From Candidatus Eiseniibacteriota bacterium (GTDB taxonomy: Bacteria; Eisenbacteria; RBG-16-71-46; SZUA-252): 64,000 bases of DNA. The stretch lies in the NCBI GenBank assembly GCA_963703225.1, contig OY969801.1, positions 1,568,001 to 1,632,000 of the forward strand, in the 5' to 3' direction. The stretch's first letter is position 1. Each line of letters begins with the position of its first letter. This document shows positions 20,415 through 30,874 of the stretch, piece after piece. A program made the position numbers and the translations under genes. The notes beneath the pieces were generated by a model. It was not told where the DNA came from, made no database searches, and saw only the letters and a list, made by a program, of their open reading frames with translations.

Positions 20415-21632
20415 CTACGAGAGGCGAAGAATCGGGAGTTCGCGCGGGAATCGAGAGAGGAATGTGGCGCCGTCCGCCCCGACGACGACGTCCTCCTCCA
20501 GACCGATGAGGCCGTGCCCTTCGAGGAAGATACTCGGCTCCAGCGTGTAGATGGCGCCCTCGCGAACGGGCTCGAACGGCTCCTGGCCGTACCGCTCCCA
20601 GCGGGGACCGAGCACTCCGCCGCCATCGTGCACCGCCCGACCCAGGTGATGTCCGAGCGCGTGGGCGTACTCGGGGTAGCCCCGGGAGTGAAGGAGCGAG
20701 CGAGCTTTCTGGTCCACTTCCCAACCCAGAGCGCCGGGGACAAGCGAACGGGCCCCGAGGTCGATGGCGTCCACGATCGCGAGGTAGGCCTTCCGAACCG
20801 CGGCAGGCACTTCGTCCGATCCCTTTGCCGCGGCGTACCAGAGACGCTGCAGGTCGGAGCAGTAGCCGTCCCGGACGATCCCGAAATCGACGTGGATCAC
20901 CGACCCCGGCGCGATCGGCTCATCGCCTGGGCCGACGTGTCCGATCGTGGCGTGGGCCCCGACCGTCACGGACGGACAGTGGTGCCGCGGCCACGCGGTC
21001 GGCACGCCTGCCTTCAGCGCCTCCGCGTGGAATTCGGCCGCGACCTCTCGGGCCGTCTGCCCCAGGCGGAGCCGGCCGCGGACGCGGTCGAACATGGCTT
21101 CGGTCTCGTCGACAGCGGCCTTCACGAGCGCGCGCTCCTCCGGAAGCTTCACGCCCCGCAGCATCGACTGGAGGCGCGACGCGCTCAGGAGCCTCCCCTC
21201 GAACGGCGTTCCCTTGAGGGTCGCCTCGAGGTAATCGCGCAGACCGGCGGTCAGGCCGTCCGCGAGGGCGTCGTCCACCGAAACGTTGATTCCGATCCGG
21301 CGCGGGTCGCGGCGACGCAACAGCTCGACGAGCTGAGCGCGCGGACCTTCCTTGTACGTCAAGACCTCGTCAAAGATCCCGAGGCGCTCGAGATCGGGGG
21401 CGTCGAACGTGGCCACCAAAGCACCCGACCAGTCGGGCGTCACCAGGAAGAAGGTGGTCCACGTGAAATCGAGCTCCATGAAGGAGCGGAGGATCGGATC
21501 GGGCCGCTCCGCGGACTCGCGGACGACAGTCAACCAGCCGTCCAAACCGCTCTGGCCGAGGAGCGATTGCGCCTGGGCGAGCTTGAGGGCGCCGAGACTT
21601 GGCGCTCGCGTCGCGGCTTGGCTCGTTCCCAT
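20415..21632 (-). CDS. Xaa-Pro peptidase (M24B family)
   Basis: VDFG..YCSDLQR, HALGHHLG..VHD, LEP, LEED metal ligands. Confidence 0.88.
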   Translation of the reverse strand: MGTSQAATRAPSLGALKLAQAQSLLGQSGLDGWLTVVRESAERPDPILRSFMELDFTWTTFFLVTPDWSGALVATFDAPDLERLGIFDEVLTYKEGPRAQLVELLRRRDPRRIGINVSVDDALADGLTAGLRDYLEATLKGTPFEGRLLSASRLQSMLRGVKLPEERALVKAAVDETEAMFDRVRGRLRLGQTAREVAAEFHAEALKAGVPTAWPRHHCPSVTVGAHATIGHVGPGDEPIAPGSVIHVDFGIVRDGYCSDLQRLWYAAAKGSDEVPAAVRKAYLAIVDAIDLGARSLVPGALGWEVDQKARSLLHSRGYPEYAHALGHHLGRAVHDGGGVLGPRWERYGQEPFEPVREGAIYTLEPSIFLEGHGLIGLEEDVVVGADGATFLSRFPRELPILRLS

Positions 21633-21638
21633 GCGGGT

Positions 21639-21667
21639 ACGATAGCCGGATCGGCCGCGTCGGGCAA
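21639..21667 (-). promoter_or_regulatory. Promoter probably giving leaderless mRNA for the M24 peptidase
   Basis: TTGCCC-N17-TATCGT, 6 nt before ATG 21632. Confidence 0.5.
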
Positions 21668-21690
21668 GTAGATGTCCGGAGGGTAAGGCT

Positions 21691-23994
21691 TTAGGCGGTG
21701 GGGTAGCTGCTCCGGATGAGCGCGAGGAGCTCGCCGCCCGTGGGGACTTCGTCGGGATAGGCGTACTGCCGGCCCACGAGACGCACCTCCCCGGTGTCGG
21801 CGAGGTCCTTGACCGACGCGAGCGTCGGGAGGAGAAGGTCGAGCCTCCTCAAGAGCGCGCCGCTGTCCTTGTCCGACTCGGGCGAAAGGACCGCGAAGCG
21901 GCCTCCGCCGATTCTCGCTACGGCGTCGACTTCGCGAACGTTCCGCGTGAGCGCCTGGGCGAACTCGCGGAGCAGACCCTCGGCCCACTCGGCCCCGTGC
22001 CGCTGCCCGAGCTTCTCGTATCCCGAAATGGAGCAGAGCGTGAGGAGGATCCGATCGTGGTATCGCTCGGCTCGTTTCACCTCTTCCAGGATCTTCGACT
22101 CCAAGCCGGCCCCGCCCAAAAGGCCGGTCACTGGATCTTTCGGACTCTCGGCGGCCGATCCCTCCGCCCGCGCCTGCTCCCAGGCCAGCGCGACGTAGAG
22201 CGCGAGCTTTCGCAACGCCTCCAGCTCCACCGTGCCAAAGCTGGGCACGCCGCCTCGCGAGGGGGGTGACAAGGGCAGCACGATGCCGAGCGCGCCGACG
22301 ACCCGATCGACAGACCGAATCGGGACCGAGGCGAAGTTCACGCCGTTCGGGTCGGTCGCGGCCGGATCGGCGGAGCCGTTGACCGAGCTCGACTCCTGCC
22401 CCTGCTGGAGCGCCAGGCTCGAGCGCTCCTGCTCGAGGTTCGTCAAGGTCGCCCGATCGGCCTCCGAGCCGTCGAACCCGCTCCGGAAGAGGATGCTGTC
22501 CTCCGGGCCCCGCAGCCGGACCGCCACGAAGCCCCGGCCAAAGAGATCGCGGAGGGCGCTCAAGGACTCCCCCGCGAGGGACTCCAGGTCGTGCTGGACC
22601 ATCAGCCTCGGAGCGATGTTCGACAGCTTCTCGAAGAGGATCCCCTGGCGCGTCGCGACGCCATGGTCCCGGTGAATTTCAGCGAGCCGGGCGAGATAAG
22701 AAGCCAGCCTCGCGACCAGACGCGTCAGCTCCTCGAGATCGGTGGCCACGCGCACGACACATTCGATCGCGAGCACGCCCAGCGCCCGACCGTCGCCGAT
22801 CGGGGCCACGACCAGGTTCGCGGGGGCCTCCCCCGCGCTGCCCTCCGAGGGACGCGCCAGTCGGGATGCGAGGAAGAACGACTCGCCGTTTCGGTAGGCC
22901 CGCGCCAGGAGGCCCGCGGTCATCGGAAGCTGGCCCTCCGTGCCCGCCTCGGTTCCCGACGCGATCACCCGGAAGCGGCCCGCGTCGGGCTCGGCGATGT
23001 AGATCTGAGCCGATTCCGCGTCGAGGTGGCTCGCGAGCCGCGTCGCGGCCAGCCGGAGGCGGTCGGCGAGAGGTAGATCCTCGCGGGCGAATGCCTGCTC
23101 CATCGCCCGGCGCGTCCGAAACTCGATGGCGTCGGCGTCCCGCCTCAGACCCTGAACCACCCGCTCGAGGATCGCCGAGATTTGGGACGCGATCTCGGTC
23201 AGGCGCGTCAGGTCTCGTTCGGTGAACCGCCGATCGGGCCGGTCGCTCGAGACATTGAGAACTCCGATGACCCTGCCGTCGAGCTGGATGGGGGCCGACA
23301 TGGCGGCGGCGATCCGGGAGCGCTCGCGCGAATCCCGAAAGCGGGGGTCGGATATCTTCTCGTTGATGATCAGCGGGCGCCCTTCCTTGGCCACCTTGCC
23401 GGCGACGCCCTCGCCCAGCTTTTGCCGCGTCGAGCGGACCGTATCGGGCGAGAGCCCGTCGGCGAACGCGATGCGGAGCTCCCCGGCATCCTCGTCGAGC
23501 ACCATGATGGAGCCCGCTTCGGCGCGGGTCTGCTCGACGGCGAGCGCGAGGATCTCGCGGAAGAGCCGCTGCCGATCCTCGGAGAGAGCCAGCGCCTCCT
23601 GGATCTTCCCCAGCCGGGTTCCGGTAGCCTCGTCGAAGAGCGTTTCCCAACCTTCGAGCGGAGATGGATCGCCGGTGGCATCCGCCCTCGTGCCGGCTTC
23701 CAGGCTTCCGGCGAGCTCGTCGATGGTGGTGAAGATGCGGCTCGAAATGCCGGCGCGAGAGAGCGCCGACGCGCTGGGGGAGGACATCGACGGCAGCGCG
23801 ACGCGGTCGGGCTTTAGAGCGAGGAGGTCGAGGGGTTCGTTGGAGCGAGGAATCTGGAGCACTTCCGCGATCTTGAGGGCGAGCGCTTCAGGCTCCGTAT
23901 GCGAAACGAGGACGATCTCCACTCCGGCCGTGTGCCGGGCGAGCGAAATCAGGTCGACCCTGTCGTCGGGCAGGTCGAGAAACGCGAGTCTCAT
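21691..23994 (-). CDS. Multi-GAF protein with degenerate C-terminal GGDEF domain
   Basis: GEGVAGKVA GAF motif; DPVTGL...REVDAVARIGGGRF. Confidence 0.82.
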   Translation of the reverse strand: MRLAFLDLPDDRVDLISLARHTAGVEIVLVSHTEPEALALKIAEVLQIPRSNEPLDLLALKPDRVALPSMSSPSASALSRAGISSRIFTTIDELAGSLEAGTRADATGDPSPLEGWETLFDEATGTRLGKIQEALALSEDRQRLFREILALAVEQTRAEAGSIMVLDEDAGELRIAFADGLSPDTVRSTRQKLGEGVAGKVAKEGRPLIINEKISDPRFRDSRERSRIAAAMSAPIQLDGRVIGVLNVSSDRPDRRFTERDLTRLTEIASQISAILERVVQGLRRDADAIEFRTRRAMEQAFAREDLPLADRLRLAATRLASHLDAESAQIYIAEPDAGRFRVIASGTEAGTEGQLPMTAGLLARAYRNGESFFLASRLARPSEGSAGEAPANLVVAPIGDGRALGVLAIECVVRVATDLEELTRLVARLASYLARLAEIHRDHGVATRQGILFEKLSNIAPRLMVQHDLESLAGESLSALRDLFGRGFVAVRLRGPEDSILFRSGFDGSEADRATLTNLEQERSSLALQQGQESSSVNGSADPAATDPNGVNFASVPIRSVDRVVGALGIVLPLSPPSRGGVPSFGTVELEALRKLALYVALAWEQARAEGSAAESPKDPVTGLLGGAGLESKILEEVKRAERYHDRILLTLCSISGYEKLGQRHGAEWAEGLLREFAQALTRNVREVDAVARIGGGRFAVLSPESDKDSGALLRRLDLLLPTLASVKDLADTGEVRLVGRQYAYPDEVPTGGELLALIRSSYPTA

Positions 23995-24209
23995 GGCACC
24001 CCAGCGTCGGCCGAAAGCGAGGTATTAGGGAGTGATCCGCGGGGTGAAACGCAAGGAGTGTACCATCCCCCGGGGCCGGGCAAAGGTTCCGCCGGAGAGC
24101 ACTACCGGATGGGGTTACGCCCTCCTACTTCCGCTCGTCGCGGTCGGGCAGAACTCGCTGGCGCATCGCGTTTCAGGCTCGCGGCCTAGAAACCGTGCAA
24201 TTTGCACGC

Positions 24210-26372
24210 TTACCGGGTCACCGTGACAACCTTGGCGACCGCGACGTTCCGATCGAGATCGGACGCGCGGACCGTGATCCGATGCTCCCCGGCCGCGAGA
24301 TCGGGGACGTCGAACCGGAAACTTTCGCGGCGCCCGTCAAAAATTCCGTCTTCCGGGAAGACATCGATCCAATCTCCCCCGTCGACCGAGTACTCGATCG
24401 AGGAGACGCGCGTGTCGTCATCGGCCGCCGCGCCGGTCACCGTCACGCTCGACTTGCCGCCCGACGATGAGCCCGGAGCGGCCCGCAGGTTCTCGACGCG
24501 CGGCGGAACGTTGTCGATCTGAAACGGAGAGCTGACCCGCTCGGTCTTGAGCGCGACCGGCGTCGGGTTGTCGGGACGGTCCGAGGCTTCCACGCGCACC
24601 CGATACGTTCCGTTCGGATAGGACTCCGCGTCGAAGCTGTAGATCCGTTCCGGGTGATCGTTGACCAGCCGGCGCCATTCCTTCTCGTCGTCCGCCCGGA
24701 TGGAGAGGTTGTACTTCAACCCATCCCCGTTGGGATCGAGCGCCTCCCACGTCACCGTCCGGATTCCGCGCGCCCACGCCGAGCTGGCGTCCGACACCTG
24801 CTTGGGCCCGACACGGGGCACGTTGTACTCGACCTTGAGGCCGTTGGGGAACGTCTGGGAAATCTGCGGCGGACGATAGTCCGGTCCACCCTCCATGAAC
24901 GGATTATCCGGTCCGAAGACTTGGATCGAGCCGATCTCCGGGGGCAGGTTCCGCTGGAGGTAGGAGACCTCGAGCGAAGAGACGATCGGGCCCGCGCTTC
25001 CGCCGCGCTTGAGCTTCACACGATACTGGAGAAACCGGGCGGGAGGGCTCGACACGGCAGCCGTTTCCTTGATCGCGGTTTCCTGGGACCACGGGCTCCA
25101 GCCATCGTCCGGCTCTTCGCTCAGACCGCTCCGGGTCGACCAGAGGACTTCGCCTCCGCCCGAAGTCAGGGCGCGCACGGTGCCCCACGACGCCACCGAG
25201 TGGAGATCATAGGGCTGCGACGTGTAGGTCCCTTCCTTCGCGGGCTCCGATCCCAGAACGTAGAGGACCGCGTCGTTCCCGGTGGCCACGTAGGTTTCCC
25301 CACCGCCGCGGGCCAAGGCGAGGATCTGCTTCTCCTGCGGCACGCCCAGGACCGCGTACTTCTTGTCGGTGCCGACGCGAAAGAGCGCGGCAGGCTCCCC
25401 GGTCGCGACGAGAACCGACTTGGCGTCCTGCGCGGCCAATGCGTACACAAAATCGGTCGGCGGGGCGTAGAGCAGGCGCGCGCTCCCGTCCTGCTGGACC
25501 AGGAAGACGCCGCACTTCCCGCCGTCGCTGGGCGTGACTTCGATCCCGTAGCGGGAGTCGCCGCCGCGGTCGGTCTGTGCTTCCGATCCATGGCTCGATT
25601 GCGTGCGGTTCGTGCCGACCGCGATCGATCCGTCCTCCAGCACGGCGATCGCACGGAGCTCGTCGGAGTTGGAGTCGTAGATGACCCGCATCGAGCCGCT
25701 CTTCTCCACGCGGAGCAGGAGTCCCTTGGACGCCGTACCCGCGAGGAGCGCGCCATCCTTCGCTTCCGCCAGCGCCATGACGTTCACGTCCTTGGTCTCC
25801 GCGAGGACCGTTCCCTTGCCCGGTGCTGTGACATGGAAGATCTTTCCGTGGCTTCCCGTCCCTGCGTAGAGCGAGCCGTCCTTGCCCACGAGGAGAGACC
25901 AGACCGATTCCTCTCCCGTCTCGAAATAGCGCGTCGTGTCGCCCTTGGCGCCGACGCGGAAGACGATCCCGCCGGGCGCGGACCCGGCGTAGAGATTGTC
26001 GGATCGGTCGACCGCCATGCAGGTGATCTCGGCGGCGCCCGTCTCCCAGAGAAGCGTCGAGCCGTGGTCCTTTGTCCAGCGGTAGATGCGGCCGTTGTCC
26101 CCCGTCCCGAAGTAGACCCGCCCCTTGGTGTCTCGCGCGACGCACCAGATGTAGGACACGCCCTCGGGCCGCGTGACCACGGAATCCCAGGCGGGGCCCA
26201 ACGCCAGGTAGCCCTCGCTCTCGATCGCGACGCCCGCGACGTGCTCCCCTTCCAGGAACGATTGGATGTCGTCGATCTTCCAGAAGGAGGTCTTGACGGC
26301 CTCCGCCTCGGGAGCGCGCGCCACGAGCCCCACGAGCAGCACCGCGCCGAACAGCCACTTTCCGTGGGTCAG
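24210..26372 (-). CDS. Exported beta-propeller protein with C-terminal Fn3/Ig-like domains (S55 partner)
   Basis: Repeated LYAGT/G.IF blades; DNVPP and YSVDGG.W Ig-like tail; likely CTG start at 26372 after AGGAG (track start 26342). Confidence 0.75.
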   Translation of the reverse strand: MTHGKWLFGAVLLVGLVARAPEAEAVKTSFWKIDDIQSFLEGEHVAGVAIESEGYLALGPAWDSVVTRPEGVSYIWCVARDTKGRVYFGTGDNGRIYRWTKDHGSTLLWETGAAEITCMAVDRSDNLYAGSAPGGIVFRVGAKGDTTRYFETGEESVWSLLVGKDGSLYAGTGSHGKIFHVTAPGKGTVLAETKDVNVMALAEAKDGALLAGTASKGLLLRVEKSGSMRVIYDSNSDELRAIAVLEDGSIAVGTNRTQSSHGSEAQTDRGGDSRYGIEVTPSDGGKCGVFLVQQDGSARLLYAPPTDFVYALAAQDAKSVLVATGEPAALFRVGTDKKYAVLGVPQEKQILALARGGGETYVATGNDAVLYVLGSEPAKEGTYTSQPYDLHSVASWGTVRALTSGGGEVLWSTRSGLSEEPDDGWSPWSQETAIKETAAVSSPPARFLQYRVKLKRGGSAGPIVSSLEVSYLQRNLPPEIGSIQVFGPDNPFMEGGPDYRPPQISQTFPNGLKVEYNVPRVGPKQVSDASSAWARGIRTVTWEALDPNGDGLKYNLSIRADDEKEWRRLVNDHPERIYSFDAESYPNGTYRVRVEASDRPDNPTPVALKTERVSSPFQIDNVPPRVENLRAAPGSSSGGKSSVTVTGAAADDDTRVSSIEYSVDGGDWIDVFPEDGIFDGRRESFRFDVPDLAAGEHRITVRASDLDRNVAVAKVVTVTR

Positions 26373-26406
26373 AGGAGCGCTCCTTTCGGTGTGAGGGGCG
26401 GGATGG

Positions 26407-28185
26407 TCACCGCATCCGGTCCGGCACGATATCGAGCTTGGCGGTTTCGCAGCCGCGGGTCACCGCGTCGATGTCGACCGCGGTCTCTTCGAGCGTCGCG
26501 CCCTTGGTCATCGAGGTCGCCCCCGATGTGCCGGCGCCTTCCAGCGCGCCGAGGAAGGAGGGGGGCGCCTGCGAGATCTCGCCACCCCGCGCCGTCGCGC
26601 CTTCCCCCGCTCTGTAGAGCTGGACGTAGATCCGGTCGAGCCGTCGCTCCGTTTCCAGGAGCCGGACCACGTCGTCAAAGGTCTGGGGCTTGAATCGATC
26701 GGGAGTCCGATCGTGCTCCCACTTGTCGCTCTCCTCGCCGTCGCATACCCGGACGGTCAATTCGCCTTCCGGTGTCTGGGGCGGAACGCGAATGCCCACC
26801 CGCCGGACCTCCGTCGCGCTGCCGCCTCGGCGCAGCGTGATCTCCACCTGAACCGAATCCCCGGGGGCCGCCTGCGTGGGCCGCACGCGGACCTCGGTGA
26901 TCCGGGCCGCGTCCAGCCCGACCTCGGCGCTCACGTGAACCCGCACCGAATCGAGCGACGTGGGGCGGAAGTGATCGCTCAGGAGGATCTGCAGCGACTG
27001 CGCCACCTCCTCGCCCACCCCGGAGATCGGCGACTGGGTGAGGAGCGCGTTCCCTTTCTTGATCTTGACCGCGCCGCCGTTCATGGCGAACGTCAGATCG
27101 TAGCGGACGGTGGCGTATCCCATGTCGTTCAACGCTTCCGAGATCGAGTTCACGACGGCCGCGGCCACCAAGGACGGCGTGAGGAGTCGGCTCCGCACCA
27201 CCTCGAACCGATAGGCCTTCTCCCGCTTCCCGGTTCCCTCGATCGAAACCGTGACCGGAATCATCGCGGGTGTCGCGCCGATCTCGCCGGATACCCCCAC
27301 GCTCCGGTCGGTGAGGAGCGTGCCGCAGGGCGTCGTGGGAGATCCGACCTTGCTCGAGAGCTGTTGGCTCGCGAATACCGTGTGGATGGTCGCCGCGGTG
27401 AGCGGGAACCGCACCCAGCCCATCGCCGAGAAGGGGTGGCCGAACGCGAGAACCTGGTCGCCGTCTCGATAGGTCAGCGTCCCGATGGCCGCGGCCGACC
27501 AGTCGCCGCGAACCAGCGCCACGCCGACGGCCGAGCCCGGGACCAGCTCGTCGCACGAGATCCCCGGGGCCGAACCTCCTCCAGGTCCCGCGACGAATCC
27601 GCGCTCTTCCATCCACGGCGCGAGAAACCGCATGGCTTCGGCGCCAAATCCGGAGAAGACGAGAGGTGTGGCGATGGGGTGCGCGCCGGCAGGATCGGCG
27701 GCAAGACCGGGCGCTGCCGGATCGGTCGAGCCGAGGCGCCCGTCGGTCTCTTCCGACGGGATCGTCCCCTTGGGGGGAAGAATGTCGAGCATCTCCCCGA
27801 TGGGGGTGATCCCCGCCACGGGATCCTTCGAGAAGGACCAGGTGTAGGCGATGGCGCCCAGGAGCCGTCCGTTGATGTAGACCGGGCTCCCGCTCATCCC
27901 CGCGATGATCCCGGTGCGCTCGAGATAGGCTCCTTGCGCGCGCGCGAGGATGAGCGTCGCGGCGGGCCGCTGCCCCTTGAGCACCCCGAGGATCGACACC
28001 GTGAACGAGTCGATCCGGGTTCCCTCGAACACGCTCAGGCCCATCCCGACCATTCCCGCGCGAACAGAGTCGACCGGGAACGGGCTCAGCGGCGCCCGCG
28101 GAGCCGCGTCGGCCGGGCCGACCGTCAGGACCAAGACGGTAACGAGAAGGGCGTGGGCGGGGGCGAACCGGGAGGTGAGGGTCAT
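26407..28185 (-). CDS. SpoIVB-like peptidase S55 domain protein, exported
   Basis: Signal peptide; GIIAGMSGSPVY, AIGTLT, LAFGHP. Confidence 0.88.
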   Translation of the reverse strand: MTLTSRFAPAHALLVTVLVLTVGPADAAPRAPLSPFPVDSVRAGMVGMGLSVFEGTRIDSFTVSILGVLKGQRPAATLILARAQGAYLERTGIIAGMSGSPVYINGRLLGAIAYTWSFSKDPVAGITPIGEMLDILPPKGTIPSEETDGRLGSTDPAAPGLAADPAGAHPIATPLVFSGFGAEAMRFLAPWMEERGFVAGPGGGSAPGISCDELVPGSAVGVALVRGDWSAAAIGTLTYRDGDQVLAFGHPFSAMGWVRFPLTAATIHTVFASQQLSSKVGSPTTPCGTLLTDRSVGVSGEIGATPAMIPVTVSIEGTGKREKAYRFEVVRSRLLTPSLVAAAVVNSISEALNDMGYATVRYDLTFAMNGGAVKIKKGNALLTQSPISGVGEEVAQSLQILLSDHFRPTSLDSVRVHVSAEVGLDAARITEVRVRPTQAAPGDSVQVEITLRRGGSATEVRRVGIRVPPQTPEGELTVRVCDGEESDKWEHDRTPDRFKPQTFDDVVRLLETERRLDRIYVQLYRAGEGATARGGEISQAPPSFLGALEGAGTSGATSMTKGATLEETAVDIDAVTRGCETAKLDIVPDRMR

Positions 28186-28197
28186 GGGTCGCGGTGG

Positions 28198-28226
28198 AGC
28201 ATAGGGGTGGCGCGGCGGCCCGTCAA
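28198..28226 (-). promoter_or_regulatory. Sigma70-type promoter for the S55 operon
   Basis: TTGACG-N17-TATGCT shortly upstream of ATG 28185. Confidence 0.5.
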
Positions 28227-30863
28227 CGAACGCCGCCGGAGCGGGCCCGCGTGCGAAGCCGAGCCAGCTCGTTCAGCGCGTCGAGCGGGGTCATCGACTC
28301 GACCTTGACGTCGGCCAGCTCGCCGAGCAGGGCGGCGCGCTCGTCCGGTGTCACTCCGTCGGCCTGGACCGTCGCCGCGGCGGAGGGATCACCGACCGCT
28401 CCGCCCGATGCGCGCCCCGCGAGCCGCGCGTGCTCGGCCTCCAGCCGCGCGAGAATCTCGCGCGCCCGCTCGAGAACGGGCGTGGGAACCCCGGCGAGCT
28501 GTGCGACGTGAATCCCGTAGGATCGGTCGGCCCGCCCCGCGGCGATCTGATGGAGGAAGACAATCTCACCTCCCTGCTCCGCGACCCGGACGGTCCGGTT
28601 CTTGACGCGCGGGAGGCTCTCCTCCAGATCGGTGAGCTCATGGTAGTGCGTCGCGAACAGCGTGCGGGGCTTCCCCCGCACGCCGTCGTGAAGCGCCTCG
28701 GTGACCGCCCAGGCCAGGCTCAGGCCGTCGTACGTGCTGGTGCCGCGGCCCACCTCGTCCAAGAGGACGAGGCTTTGGTCGGTGGCCTGGCGCAGGATCG
28801 CCGCGGTCTCGCGCATCTCGACGAAGAACGTCGACGCGCCCCGCGCGATCTGATCCGAGGCCCCGACCCTGGTGAAGATACGGTCGACGCATCCGATGGC
28901 CGCCGACTCGCAGGGAACGTAGGAGCCGGTCTGGGCCAGATAGACGCAGAGACCAACCTGGCGGAGGAAGGTGGATTTCCCGCCCATGTTGGGACCGGTG
29001 ATGATCCAGATTTGGCCGGACTCGGGATCGAGATCGCAATCATTGGGGACGAACGTTCCCGGCTCGATCGATCGCTCGACCATCGGATGGCGGGACCGCT
29101 TGAGCCGGAGCCTCCGATCCTCGGTGATCGTTGGCCGCACCCAGCGCTCTCGCGCGGCGACATCGCCCAGCGAGAGGTGGACGTCGATCGCCGCCACCAC
29201 CCGCGCCGCGGCATGGAGCGTTCCCATCTCGGCGAGAGCGTGGTCGCGCAATCGCTGGAAGTGGGCTGCTTCGAGGCGGTGGCTCTCCACGCTCCCCGCC
29301 TCGATCCGCTCCTCCATCCTGGCGAGCTCCGGCGTGACGAAACGCTCGGCCCCGGTCAGGGTCTGCCGGCGCACGTAGTCCTCCGGCACGCGCTGAAGCT
29401 GCGAGCGCGTCACCTCGATCACATATCCAAAGACGCGGTTGTAGATCACGCGAAGGTTGGAGATGCCGGTCCGCTCGCGCTCCCTGGTTTCCAGCGCGAG
29501 AACGGTCCGGCGCACATCGGACGTGTCGGCTCGGAGCCGATCGAGCTCGGGGTCGAAGCCCTGGCGGATGATTCCGCCCTGCGTCGCCTGGAGCGGGAGC
29601 TCCTCCGCCAGCGTCTCCTCCAGCCGCCCGCAGAGCCGAGAGAGATCCGGCAGCGCGGCTCTCCACGATTCGAGGACCGGCCCGGACCGACCTTCGAGCA
29701 TCAGGCGGATCGCCGGAAGGCGGCGGAGCGCCTCCCGGAGCGACCCCAGATCGCGCGGCGTCGCCCGTCCTGATCCCAAGAGGCCCAGCGTCCGTTCGAG
29801 ATCGGGATAGCGATGAAGCCTGTCGCGGGCCTCCGAGCGGAGCGCCGCGGAGGATGCCATCACCGCCGTTCGGTCGAGCCTGGCCTTCACCACCTCGGAG
29901 TCGCTGGTCGGGGAGCGGAGGAGCGAGCGCAGCGAGCGAGCGCCCATCGCGGTTTCGGTTCGATCGAGGAGCTGAAGCAGCGTTCCGTCGGGCCCGGCGG
30001 TGGATTCGAGGACCTCCAGATTTCGAAGCGTCACATCGTCCACGACGAGCGGCTTTCCCTCGCGAAGCGGACGGATCTCTTGGAGCTGCGGGAGATCCGA
30101 TTTCTTGAGGGATTGCAGGTAATCGAGGAGCGCGCCCGCCGCGCCGAACCCTTCGCGCCGCACGTTCAGCCCGAACGACTCGAGCGTCTTGACGCGAAAC
30201 CTCCGCTCCAGCGCCTCCCGTCCGCTCCGGGGGTCGAACCGCGCCGCTTCCCACTCGGTAACGCGGGCGGCCGCGAGCGACGTGCCCGCGCTCGCGGCGC
30301 GCCCGTCGGGCGCGGGATGCCCGGCGTCCCGAGGGTCGGATGGGGTCGGCAGGAGAAGCTCGCGGGCGGGAAATTCCAGCGCCAGGGACGCGATCTCCTC
30401 CGGCGGAACTTCCCCGACGCGAAACTCTCCCGTCGAGACCTCGGCCACCGCCACCCCGATCGCGGAAGGCCCCGCGTTCAGCGCCATGATGTAGTTGCTC
30501 TCGCTCTTCTCGAGGAGGCCGAGGCGCGTCACGGTCCCCGGCGTGACCACCTCGACCACCTGCCGGTCGACGATCCCCTTGGCTTGGTCCGCCGGCTCCA
30601 TCTGCTCGGCGATCGCGACCGAGTAGCCCTGCTCGACCAGTCGCTTCAGGTAGCCTTCCACCGAGTGATGCGGAACGCCCGGCCAAGGGAAGCGGGTCGC
30701 CCTTCTTGTCGCGCGAGGTCAGCGCGATTCCGAGGACCCTCGACGCGACGAGCGCGTCTTCGCCGAAGGTTTCGTAGAAGTCACCCATCCGGAAGAGGAG
30801 GATGCTGCCCGGATGTTCCGCCTTGAGACGGCGGTACTGCTCGAGCATCGGGGTCTGTTCCAC
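28223..30863 (-). CDS. mutS: DNA mismatch repair protein MutS (apparent frameshift near 30680)
   Basis: [57 protein letters not shown]. Confidence 0.95.
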
Positions 30864-30874
30864 GATGCGGCGTC

